From contig ADNK01002519.1 of assembly GCA_000320545.1 (NCBI GenBank), forward strand, positions 62,001 to 126,000: a stretch of 64,000 nt of DNA, written 5' to 3'. Under the pieces are notes generated by a model. The model searched no databases. It saw only the letters and a program-made list of their open reading frames with translations, and was not told the origin of the DNA. Below are positions 14,401 to 27,145 of the stretch, piece by piece (position 1 is the stretch's first letter; every line of letters starts with the position of its first letter). The DNA is from Bigelowiella natans CCMP2755. Its lineage: Eukaryota > Protista > Cercozoa. The position numbers were made by a program, and so were the translations under genes.

Positions 14401-17400
14401 GTTTGAAATGCCCCCACCTCTTCTCCAATTTTATGCGCCAGGAATCTCATCTCCAATCGTTGCATTTTACGAAGATATTCAATCTTCCGTGCTCGTCCTT
14501 GGTCTTCGGGCTTAAATTTTGCAATGGGGTAGTTGGATACAGGGGTAATCTTAGCTTTGAATGGCTCGATGAGAAGGCGTTCGATAGAGAATGCTTCGCG
14601 GGTGCTCTCAGTGATACGGAAGATGACAAGCTCTTTCTCTTTGTTTTCCCGCATGATCTTATTCCTCTCAAGTTGAGCACCTTGGTCGCCTTGCTGCTCT
14701 AGGATTTCCTTCATCTCCGTATCGATTATGAAATCAGTCCTTGGGAGTTTCTCAAGTGCGTCGAGCTGGTCATTCTCTTTTACCAACGTCTGCAATGTGC
14801 TTCCTAAAGACGATAGTTTTTCGCGCAATCCTTCACTCCCAGCTACGAGTTCATCATTCTTTGAATCTTCGGTGATTACATTAACGTCTACTTGGTCAGA
14901 TCCCGTTGCCTCCTCCACAGTAGGCATGAAGCTTCGATCATTGATTGCTGTCCCAGTACTCAAGCCAGCATCCACAGCTCCTGCTGCTGCTTCCTCGTCA
15001 GTGTTTCGAACCTCAACGGGCATTTCGGTACCGCACTTGGAGCACAATCCATCGATGAACCATTCCATGCACAAGGGTGCTCCAAGAGACATTGGGCAAT
15101 AAAGCTCAGGTAAATCAAATTCTTGGTCGTCATCATCCTCACCACTATCATAGGCAGCATCTTCTTTCTTCTCATCTTTTCCATTGCTGCTGCTGTTGCT
15201 ACTACTAGCAGTCTTGCATAAGCCACATTCCTCACAGACTCCAGCGTCCATCTTTTCTTCACATGGGGGACCTCCCATAGACAACGGGCAGTACTGTTCT
15301 TCGTCTGTGGATCGAAATATTGTCGTTGCCTCTTCCTGCACCTTACTTTTCTCCTCCTATTTGATTGATTAATGATGGATTAATGATGGGTGATGATTAT
15401 GGAGCAACTTGTTAATACGAAGAAAATATGGTTTTATGGCAAACGAGGAGGTGGCTGTTAAACACGTTTAAAAAAAATGGTAGGTGTAGTAGGTATTACC
15501 TCCTCCTGGATAATCTTTTTTTCCAGCTGGTCCTTGTTCTTCGTCCACCAATTAATTCCTTGAGGCAAATATGTAGATAAATCCCAGACGAAACAACCCC
15601 CGTTTGTTCCATACGACAGAAGAGCTGGTCCATATTGCGAAAAAATGATGGAGTTTGTGCCAATATCAAACGATGCATCAGAGCCTTCCACTAAAGAAGG
15701 GATTTCAGGATCATGGGCTTGGATTCTCAGAATCGGAAATGCTTCTTCCTGCTGTTTACTATTCTCAGCGCCATTGTGACTATTATCACTGGGATTCGAA
15801 ATAAGCTGAATGCTGATTTCACCACCTTCCCCTCCAATCGCAATAACTGAAGCATCTGGAGAGATGGTTGCACACGACGGAGCAAACTTCAGATACGACC
15901 TCGAGCTTGTCCTCTTGCACTCATTAATGGAATCTTCAACAACAGAGAATAACCTGATGGTTTTGTCCTTAAGTACTGCGAGAAAATCCGTGCTTGCAAA
16001 GCCGCTAGAGTGAAGGATTTCACAGCATTCAATGCCCAAGTCAGTACACAGAGGAGAGATTCTTTTTCCTGATGATTCTGCACCAGCATCGTACACTGCT
16101 ATCTTGCCGAACTCAAACCCCACAACTACTTTGCCACACGAGAGCCACCGTGCGCTTATGGGCGACAATCCAAATATCTCACTTTTGGGATCGTCGGCCT
16201 CCCAACGAGCAATCGGAACAAGCTTGGTCATACTCACAACGACAACACTTCCATCGATCCCAATGGATGCTAACAACGACGAATCTGGGCTGAAGCAAAC
16301 TGCCTCCACTGCCTGGGTGTGCAATCGAACAGAGAAAACAGGACGTAAAGTATTGGTGCTACAGTCACATACTGTTACGACGCCATTGGAGCATCCTGCA
16401 GCCACAAGGGTCCCCTCTCTTCCAATATCGATATGATTACTCAGTATTGTCTTTCGCGGAAAGTCGTCGCCATGGGCAGTATGATCATCTTCATCTTTAT
16501 CTGTCTCAATGGAGGAAATAAAAGCTGATGGACTTATTGCGGCAACCAACGGGCTTGCTAAGATCTTCTCACCCAAGATGTTATGGTGGCTGATGATTCG
16601 AAGCATTCCTTGTTCATTGGCAAGAAGGAATCTATTATGAGAGAGGAGAAATGCGCTCGAGGGTTTGTCAACGGCCTTGAGCAGAGTAGCTCTAGTAGAC
16701 TTCCTAGACATTGTGACGGGAAGAAAGTGTTGAACAGCGGCTAGCTCGACTGATCTCACTACGTCTTCTGCCCCTGTCATGGACCTGCATTCTGAGCTGA
16801 GCTCTTCCATTGTGCAAGTTCTTAGAGTCCCATCGTGAGACACCGTTATTATCATCTTCGCATTCACATCTGACACAAACTTAACGATCACTTCCTTCTT
16901 TGATCTGTTGTTGTAGATAATCCTTCCTCTCAAACTGGAGAGAACCGGATCTTTTGACCTCGTTTGTAGAAATTCGTAAACGCTCAATCTCCTGTCCGTA
17001 GTTGCTACAATAAGGTGACTTCCGTGTACAGTAAGGGCTGACACTACTTGTGCCTCCTCCTTCCCTTTGAGACTTGGAATCTTAATGATCTTCTTCTGAA
17101 CAGTTGCAACGGTGCTCTGGGGGGAGGTCAATTCTTTGATTGCATTTCCCCTGATATCCAATTCTGAGTAAAGGCCTGTTGCTGGCTCGGCCATGTCGTA
17201 CTTAAGCATATTCAACACTTCAGAAAGATTAGAAGGTCGTTTGTCGAAGCCAATTTTGACATCATCGTGACCCATAGTAGACCCCTCGTGTGCCTGTTTA
17301 GCAGCATCGAAATTGACAACCTCATTGGAGGACTTTTTTTCACCATTGGGCTTCGTAACTGCGGAAAGCGCAATAACAACCCCAGTTTTGAGACCGCAGT

Positions 17401-18549
17401 AAATGACATTATCCGGTCCCCAAGTGTAGCAGCTAAATTGGTTGAGCAATTCTTTGTCTGCTGGTTGCATGTTGAGGTCGTACAGTGAGACAGAAGAGTA
17501 AATTTCAGCTTCATGGTCGATCTTAAAAGAATGCCTTGTAATTGCTCTAGATGAAATGACCACGAACTCCTCATGATTGTTCGGATTAAAGCCCAGCTCC
17601 AGCAAAGGATCGTGCAGATTTCCTTTGACACTTTTTAATAATCTGGGATCAATCTCCTTGTCTTCTTCTTCTCCAACCGCTGGAGAGCGACCCAAATACC
17701 ATAAGTTGACTGTCTTATTTGGGAAAGTTTCAGCCGATAGAAGCCTGTACCCGAACCGCGAGAATACCTACACACATACAACAAGGAGAAATCAAATGTC
17801 TGAAAAATTGATGGGAAAAATAAGTATTGTGAGGTGATGATGATGATGACGGCTTACCAAAGATCCAGTAACATACGCGTCATCTTTTTGGTTGAACTCT
17901 CGTATTAGAGAAATGCTTATTCCTGGCCCGTCTTCTTTGTCTTCGATTCGGTACAATTGTATTACTGAGACCCCTTTCCCTAAGGAACTTTCACCTCTTA
18001 GAGCAACAGCTAAAATCCTTCGAGTAGCAGATACATCCCACGAATCGACGCGAACGTTCGACGGAAAGCAAATACCGATTTGGGACTGATCGTATCAAAT
18101 ATGTAGTAGAATGGTTGAGTAGAATGGTTAAGGTCTGGAAATCGTAGTATCGAGGGGAAAATGAAAAACACCTGCTTTTTGTAGTCAAAATGTATTAGAA
18201 AATTCCCGCATTGGAAAATCAATGCAGAGTGTCCCGCACTTTGCACCCGCCCATCTCGAACACTTAGTGCCGATCTATGCATAAAACAAGAAGAAGCAGG
18301 TTTATGTTACCATCAAAAACATTCTTGAAAATTGGGTAATATGTTCCTGTGCACAGAAATTCAAGAGAATTTTCTGTTGAGTATGTGGTAAGATCTGGAG
18401 TGTCTAGATTTAGATGGCAATAGAAGCCACGCATCTCATGGGGAAGATGCCAAGTATTTGGAAACGCTTCAGGTCTACATCGCACCCTCCCTCCCCTATT
18501 CCGACAACCTGAGAGGAAGGGGATTAACTGTGGCGATTATCGATGCCAT
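11451..18549 (-). CDS. CFAP43: Cilia- and flagella-associated protein 43 (WD40 + coiled coil)
   Basis: WD40 repeats in 15498-17749 (LHTQAVEAVCFSPDSSLLASIGIDG; LLSYGTNGGCFVWDL). The long coiled-coil exon 11451-15341 contains ITLSVPQGFVE, REVQLMRVTKQLQ and terminal ERDRLQRKSFPMF, resembling the CFAP43 C-terminus. Small 5' exons run up to a probable ATG at 18549. Confidence 0.8.
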
Positions 18550-19229
18550 CCAGTTTTGAAGAGCCTTCGTCACTTATAAATTGGTTTAAATTTGTATTTT
18601 GGGGATGGGGTCACGAGGGGGGAGACCGCAGCCCCAACAAAGTTGAAGGTGGTTCGGGGTGGTCACGATTTGTTAGCTCGTGTGAAACGAGCCAAAACGC
18701 ACGTTTTGGAGCCTCTCTGGAGATTCAACCGTAATTCATATCAGATTGACAATAATCGGATTTTTCGTTGTCGTTATATAAAAATCTGTTATCTTTTCCG
18801 ATATGATTTTGTCCCCTTCCGTTTTCATTTGTTTGAGAGGAGTTTGCATTCCCAATTGCAAAGATCCCCTGTATTACACACAGCTCAAATGTTAAGCAAC
18901 TCTCTCCTGCAAGAAGCCCTTTTTCTCTGATCATTTCCTTAAAAATAGGCTAAAATAGTTGCAAACGACTATCATTTTTTTCTATTCCAGGATTAATCAG
19001 AGGCTCCATACACGAAGCCAAACTTTCCAGTCCTTCGATATATTTTATAACTTCAAGAATGCGTTTAATGAAATCATTTCTGATTGGAAATATGGACATT
19101 CTTGATGTCGCAATCATAAATGGGATGTTTTTTGTGTAAGAGCTTCACCAATTGAAGAACTGGCGTGACGTGTGCGCTGCGAGAATATTCGTGAGAGCTG
19201 GTGGGGGAGAGAAATCCAACCAGAACAGA

Positions 19230-21099
19230 ATGCAACAGGCTTCACAAAACGACAGCAACAATAAAGGAAAGGATTCCGCAGGAGGCGAGACGCAAGTCAC
19301 CAAGAAGGATCTTGCAAGAGCTCTGTATGGTGCCCGTGGATTCCGAGAGCCTTCCGAGCAGGAGAAAAAACATACATTCTGGAATACTCAGCCAGTTCCA
19401 CAGGAAGGTTCATGATTTATTTCTTTCTTTGATTACAAAAGAGTGTTGAATCTCTACCCTTAACAATTAGAGCGCCCAAAGGATGTTTATGGGGAAATAG
19501 AACAAAAGAAAGTTCAAGAAATTCGAGCAAAACCTCTAAAGCTTCCAGATGCTTTCGAATGGGTTGACTGCGATATGGAGGACACAAAGACGGTAGTAAT
19601 ACTATGAGAGAATGCCAGAGAACTTGCCTGAGCTTGCGATTATTTCAGGTCGATGAAGTATACGCTCTGTTGAATGGGAACTACGTTGAGGATGACGATA
19701 GCACATTTCGTTTTGATTACTCTCGTGAATTCCTCAAGTGGTACGTATTATAAATTCCTGATTGTAGAATCCATTTCGCGGCGATTACTGCATGGAAGAC
19801 GCAGCCAAGCACGCACACACAGATAGGAAAACCGAAAGACACAACGCACAGATTTTTTTAACCATCTTCCGTGCATTATGGTAGGGCGTTAATGCCTCCA
19901 GGGTACAAACGCGAATTCCACGTGGGAGTCAAAGTCAAAAAGTCCAAGAAATTAGTGGGTTTTATCACCGGCATTCCAGCTCGCGTCCATGTTTATGATG
20001 AGTAATATACCAACTATGGAATTATAGAATTACATACTGAGATGGTTTACGTTCAGGGTGAAGAATATGGTCGAAATTAACTTTCTTTGCGTGCACAAGA
20101 AGTTGCGTTCGAAACGTCTTGCTCCCGTTCTCATCCGTGAAATAACAAGAAGAGTCAATAGGACAGGTGCGATTGAGCGTGCATCTTTTGCAAAATAGTA
20201 GCTCAAATTATTTTACGCAATCATCTCGACAGACGTCTGGCAAGCGGTTTACACTGCTGGAGTTGTTCTTCCACGACCTGTGTCACGTAATAGGTAATAG
20301 CTGTTTTCGTGTGTTATTACAGTGCTACTTCAACTCATCGTATTCTTTGATCATTAGATATTGGCATAGATCATTGAACCCGAAGAAACTGATAGGGATC
20401 GGCTTCTCTCGCCTCCAGCACCTCATGACAATGGCAAGAACTATCAAATTGTACAAAGTGGAGAATGTAATACGAATATTCGGAACGATTATGCAGGGTG
20501 AACGATCACTAATCCTCAATGTTGAATCAGACGCCTCAAACCCCTGGAATGCGACAATTTAATCCAGAAACGGACACAAAACAGTGCCAAAAATTACTCA
20601 TGGGTTACTTGAAAAAATTCAAGTTGTATCAGGAATTCGATGAGGCAGAATTTAAGCATTGGTTTACTCCACGCAAAGATGTTGTCCATTCTTTCGTCGT
20701 TGAGGATCCCAAATCTGGAAAAATTACGGACTTAATAAGCTTTTACTCCCTCCCCTCCTCGATTCTAAATCACGCAAAGTACAAAACTCTTCGCGCCGCG
20801 TACTCATTCTACAATGTTTCAACAAAAACTGAGTGGAATAGGCTTATGATGGACGCTCTCATTCTAGCTTCTAAGGTATAGAAAAGCTGAAATACATGTA
20901 TATCAAAACTGAACGTCTGCGATTGTAAAACCTATTTTAGGCGAAATTCGACGTCTTTAATGCGCTAGATGTTATGGAGAATGGAGAGTTCCTGAAGAAT
21001 CTCAAGTTCGGAATTGGGGATGGGCATCTCCAATACTACCTGTACAACTGGAATTGTCCGGAAATGGTCAACAACGACGTCGGTCTCGTTCTTCTTTAG
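19230..21099 (+). CDS. NMT: Glycylpeptide N-myristoyltransferase
   Basis: Spliced motifs [80 protein letters not shown] and [19 protein letters not shown] at 21097-21099. Confidence 0.97.
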
Positions 21100-21393
21100 A
21101 CTGCAGGCTACCATTATACTAATTCACCCCAAACGAAGGCCTCAATACACGTGAGATAATGACTTGAACCTATATTCGATGTGCCAACTGTTCCTCTGGT
21201 AATTGGTCATGCGTTGGCTTTGATCCCTAATTTTAATAGATTTAGATAGCTTGATCACATATTGTACACCCTGATACTTCATTGGTGTATGTATCCAATG
21301 ACGAAGAGAGAAGGAGTGAGGGAGGGAGAGGCGTGTAAGATTAATTAAGGTGGAATATCAGCAGCGACATGCAATGCTGAATACATCATATGC

Positions 21394-21431
<38 letters not shown>

Positions 21432-21599
21432 TACAATGCCATGCCATTATTATGAATTTATGTAATGATCGCACTCGCAATTACCAAATTTAACAGATAA
21501 CAGAGTTCGTACGTGCCTACGTTCAGTGCTATATTATGTGTTTTACACATGTAGTGCGCGCATTTCACTTAAATAATAATAAATTGATAATAAGCGTTT

Positions 21600-22430
21600 T
21601 TGCCATCGATCGTGCGTAAAGCAGGCACCAGACATGCAACCGGGCGGACTTTTAGTTTTGATTGAATCTCATCCATCAGTGACATCGATCTGTGAATGTG
21701 AAAATTGTATTTGATTCATCATTGCATGCATGCTAGATTGTGCTTTGCGCGGCAGTAGTCTGCATCGCAGCGCAGCAGCCGCACCTAGCTAGCTAGACAC
21801 ACCAGCATGCCTAGAAATGTCAGCATTGCATCGCGCCATAGCTAGATAGTCGCTGCTTCTACAGAAGATCACAAAGCTACACCATGCAACAATGCGTTCT
21901 ATGTTCACGCGTATACGTCCGCATTATTCGCGTAGTTACTTGCAATTCAATTAGCCTTTGTGCGCTACGTGCATCCGTTCTCGCACACACAACAGTAGCT
22001 GTTTGTGTGCAGCGAAAAGGCTGTTAACAGACGCGTGCTTCCGTGCTTTTGTGCTTTGGTGCTCGCGCCCATGATGAGTGGCACAAGCTACGTGGAACAA
22101 GCAACGCGGCATGCTAGCATGTATGTTTGATACAAAAACACAAAGTCAGCGAGAGCCGTAATATATATAACTACATTATATATATGTAGGCTCTCGCGTA
22201 CAAAGTCCTCTAAAACATATGTGGTTAGCTACATATGTCGTTATTAATAGAACATATGCACTTAACTACTTATGTTCGCATACCGTTGTACGCGACAGCC
22301 GTAATATATATAACTACATTATATATATGTAGGCTCTCGCGTCAGCGATGTTGTGCATTCACATAATTTTGCACAGCTAGCTAGCTAGCTAGCTAGCTAC
22401 ATCAGGGGGACAATTAAACAAATTTAATTT
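21600..22430. other. CTAG/CATG-rich intergenic island
   Basis: (GCTA)n arrays at 21786 and 22376-22399 between convergent genes. Confidence 0.65.
22149..22342. repeat. Two identical 46-bp hairpin-forming direct repeats
   Basis: agccgtaatatatataactacattatatatatgtaggctctcgcgt at 22154-22199 and 22297-22342. Confidence 0.9.
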
Positions 22431-22522
22431 ATCCGTTACATGCGTCTCACATTGATGTGGCTTGTTGGCTTCTGCGCTCAGAAACTAGGCTATTGTCAAA
22501 GCAGTTGGCGGAATCAATATGA

Positions 22523-23834
22523 TCAAAAGCCTATGCCATTGTTGAAGTAGCTTGTGGCGCTGACCTTCATATTTGCATTTTTAGCGACAGCTGAAACGCG
22601 GGATGAGGTTTGATCATTCTTACCAAGACTATTGGGAACTCTTTCCATTGTAGAGTCAACAGATGTGGCTCCTGAAATCACTTTTGATGGCACAGCGGTA
22701 AACGCGTTATTGATGTGTAAACGAGTTATTGATGTGCTCTTCGAGTTATTGATGTGCTCTTTCTTCTTTTCTGCTGTCTTGATCAGAGGACGTCCTCTGC
22801 CCGCGATTACAGGAGTCAGTTTTGCCGTAGATTCCCTCGAGCCATTAAAATTTCCACTATCATCATAATTTCGATTGAAAATTGAAGCAGTGCCCTCTAG
22901 CTCGTAACTTTCAAGGGCTAGCTCAATATTGAACAAGCTATCTATAACCTCTGCCTCATTTGCCTTGTCTTGATGTCGCACACGAGTTGGTCGATGTTTG
23001 CCGTGATCGGTACTGTTTTTCTTGGCAGAGTCTACGTTTCTAGAGCCTTGATTGCTTTCTGGCTTATTGGTGTACCCGATGTATACGGCCTCTTCCACTT
23101 TCTCATCTAATGCCTCGTTCCAATATCGCGCTCTGGCTCGGCCGTCCTCACTTTCGTAGTGAATTTCCTCCTCCTCGCTTACACTCATCAATCCCCCCGT
23201 GGGGTCCTGTCTGTTGCTGTGTGAGGCAACGCATATCGTTCCATCAACCATCATCGCTGCCTTTTTTTCAGTCACTGGCAGGTCCAAGACCACGCCAGCC
23301 TCCTTTTGTTTCTGCTCCTCTGTGGGCACTGTACTCAACCCTAAAGTGGTAGAGCCCTTCATAGGATCGTAATCAAAGGGTTTGTCGTCGTCGTTGATTT
23401 GGTTATATATCACATTTTCATCCAGCTGATGGTTTTTTAGGGCTTGTTTATAGCCAAGGCGCACCGCGAAGGGAATGGCGCTACATAGGCCCATAATGAG
23501 GTACAGTCCCAGCATCCACCCAAAGTTGTACGCGAGGCTGCATGGGGAATACAAGAAACAAGAAGGACGGAGAGGAGAGAATTGCACAAAAATCGGTGAC
23601 AAACAGCTCAGGCTGATGCTTCTCTTTGCATAGACTGCATCTACTACTTACCCGAGAACAAACCAGAAGAGGAAAGAGCTTGCAAACCAAATACACATCG
23701 CGGTAAACGGAATTCCCTGAGCGCCGAGCGTGTGGTATACTAAGGCGAAGGAGAGTGAAAAGATGAGAGAAGCGAGACATACACCCCCCCCTCCCCCCTA
23801 TCTCTCTCTCTATTTCTCACACATGCACATAAAT

Positions 23835-23908
<74 letters not shown>

Positions 23909-24352
23909 TTTATATTTTAGACACAAATGCCAAAGTTGAATTGAACAAATACAATGTACTCATACCTTCTGGGCGAGCACGCAACAGCACTTTATTAAGT
24001 CGGTACATATCGTACACGTGTAAGCAGCCCAGCACGATAACGGCAAAACCAGTAAACGCGCCAACAATTGGGGCTGCGATTCCCATTGTCACCAAGATCT
24101 ATAGCGATGATACACAGTTTGTGTGAAAAGCTTGTGATAAAGGACACATTCATGCCTGCATACCGACATAGAAAAGGACGGGGGGGGGGGGGCGGGAGAT
24201 AGGAAACGGAGCCTGCAAGATGTTATGTTTTATTCTATATGGCGCGGCAAATAATCACCCCGATGAAGCTTAGAATTCCCCTGCGCTCATGACGAAGAAT
24301 CGCTTCGATAGTTTGAGCCAGCTGCAACACAACAAAGTGCAGACGCTTATGA

Positions 24353-24394
<42 letters not shown>

Positions 24395-24494
24395 TGGAAA
24401 AACAGTATATCTTATCAAAAAGATTCTTCACACACAAGCTCTGATTCCGTTTTTTTTCTCTAGGCCTCTCACACTGATGCTCTCAAATGCACAC

Positions 24495-24533
<39 letters not shown>

Positions 24534-24952
24534 TCAGGGAAAATAACAAGACCTTCTTTGTTGATTGTTTGAGCAGCTGCTCTGGCCACATTTCGCAGAG
24601 TGTAATCTCACTTAATATTCTGTGTGAATAATACAGGAAATAGATTGGCAGAAAACCAATATGCAGAATAATAATAATAAGGAAAAACATTATTATTCAA
24701 GTTACAAACAACTTCTAACTTCTCTATCAGCTCACACACCCTAGTAGTGACGGAACTTTTGGAAAACACAGCGGAATCAAGGCCTGAATCTGAAAATGAT
24801 CGTAGGCACAATAGAAACTTAACTAAAACATCTTCTGAGGAAGGAAGACGTGCAAAGTAACAGACGCAATTTGAGGGTAAGTTTACTCTCCACAGTGCAA
24901 ATCGGACTTATATCGAGATAGTATTGTGCAAAAAATAAACATACACACACAG

Positions 24953-24985
<33 letters not shown>

Positions 24986-25437
24986 AACACATACAGAAAA
25001 TGATACTGGAAAAATGTGCTATATCCTTTATTTTTCATTGTGCGCCCCTTCCACCAAGCCCCATCATTTGTGGTCTTTTTGACTCTTCACTCTCTTCCAA
25101 TCTCACACACGCACCAATGGAAATATGAGCGAGGACATTGCCACCGTAATAAAAAACGGTGTGAATGTATGCATGACGCGGCCTGCACAGTAATCAGGAC
25201 GGAAACGAAACGGGGAGCTGTATTCTCCCGATTCGAGCGTGAAGTACTGCTTGCATTCAAAGTGGGAGAAGCTCCCGTCGGCGAAGTATACATATGTTCC
25301 AAACTGACAATCGTTTGTGGCTATCGTCTCACTGGGATGGACCTGTATAGATGATACGATTGAATTCCCCATGCATTATTATTGTTGTTATTATTATCAT
25401 GAAAGAGCACCGCAGCACACAAAGCCACAGGCACACA

Positions 25438-25472
<35 letters not shown>

Positions 25473-27108
25473 CAACAACAACAACGACAACAACAACGCG
25501 TATATCTGTCATTTTTCGGACCTCAGCTGCAGAGAACACTGCTCGAAGGCATGAAGGATCAAGTAACAGCTGGGAAGCTAGAGGGGCGACGATATTCCCC
25601 AACGAATCTAAGGAAGTGATTAAAACTTCAAAAAATTCAGACTTCCAAAGCGCACGATTCTTTCTTCCTTCTCTCGATAAGTTCTCCATTCCGCGCTCGA
25701 AATAGAAACATGCCGCCAGCTTAGAAATAACTTCAGCACCCCTCGGAATCTAATGAATTATCGGAGATATATTATTATCATCAATCACCTGTAGAAGTAC
25801 CGAAAAACATGTCAAAAATTCACGTAAATATCCTTTGTACTAAACACACACGCCCATAATCTCTAGAGCTAATTGTTCGTTACAATGGTGCCGGTGACAG
25901 CCAACTGCATGACTGCGAGGCAGAAAACAGTGAATAACTTCCATTTCTTCGATATTTCGTTGCTCGTCTCCACCATCACATTCCCAAGACTAAAAGTTGT
26001 GTAATTATGGTAGTGACTATGATAGTAATTGCAAAGACAGAACTTGACGAATGATTAAGGAAGGGAACTGTGATCAAGTATCATAGTATTGATACCGAAA
26101 AGCAGTGGATTAGAGGAATCAGTTTGGTTAAGCAGACCTGGGAAAGAATAAGATCGCCACGATCACAAAGTATATCACTGTGCAAGCGATCATAGCGCAA
26201 AACGCGGCTAACCATCGCATGAGCTTCATTGGGATGCCTTGTTTCCAGATAGTGCTTACTTTGTCCTTCCCCTCCTCCTCCTCCTCCTCCTCCTCTTCCT
26301 TCTGAAGTGGATCGAATTTCGCCTCTTCGACTTTCCTCTCTTCCCTTACATCATCACTCTCTACTCTTCTCATCGAGGATAAAGCAATACCATTCTTTGA
26401 TTCGGAGCCTAAACTTGCGAGGCTAAAGGTCTCTTTCATAGCGGTGCTCCGCCTCCTGATTTGATCGGAACCCTTCCAATTCCTATTTTTCTTTTTCTTC
26501 CTACTCCGAATTTCAACCTCTGTATTCTCTAGCTTCTGAGTTCCAGCAATGAGCGATAAGGTGATGACCATGAGAATAACGATCACCCATCCAACCGAAC
26601 TTTTAGCCGCACCATCTTGTGTTTCAAATCCTGGAATTAACGCCATGGAGTATCTGTCATAGTAGCGACATTTCACGGTGGAGGGAGCGTGCATGAAGGA
26701 AGGTAGACCGATCACAACGAGTAGGACAGCACTGAAAAGAGCTATGAGTGCGAGCTTCATATTGTTGTCCGCAATAATCTCAAGGTTGTTGCGGGTCTTC
26801 TTCGACTCTAATTTATCCTGACGATCATCGTGCACTTCGGCGACCTCGCCATCAAACTCAATATTTTCCGCCTTGACGCAGTACTTATGCCAATGCCAAA
26901 TTGCGTAGAAAACGACCAAGGTTCCCACGCCGGAGATACCAGCAATGGTCCATGGAATAAGGAACGCATCCTCTGGACAAACATACGATTCACCGTTTTT
27001 ATCCGCCGTACGAAGGTTTTCGAGGCCGGTGCAACCTATAAGGCTGCCTTGAAGGACCTAAAAAGGTAGTGGCAGTTACAGTAGAAGTATTAAGGTTTGT
27101 CAGTTTGT

Positions 27109-27145
<37 letters not shown>

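Noticed and set aside
11455-17488. Plus-strand ORFs overlapping CFAP43 (and similar antisense ORFs elsewhere)
   Set aside because: Antisense shadows of long coding exons or translations of microsatellites.
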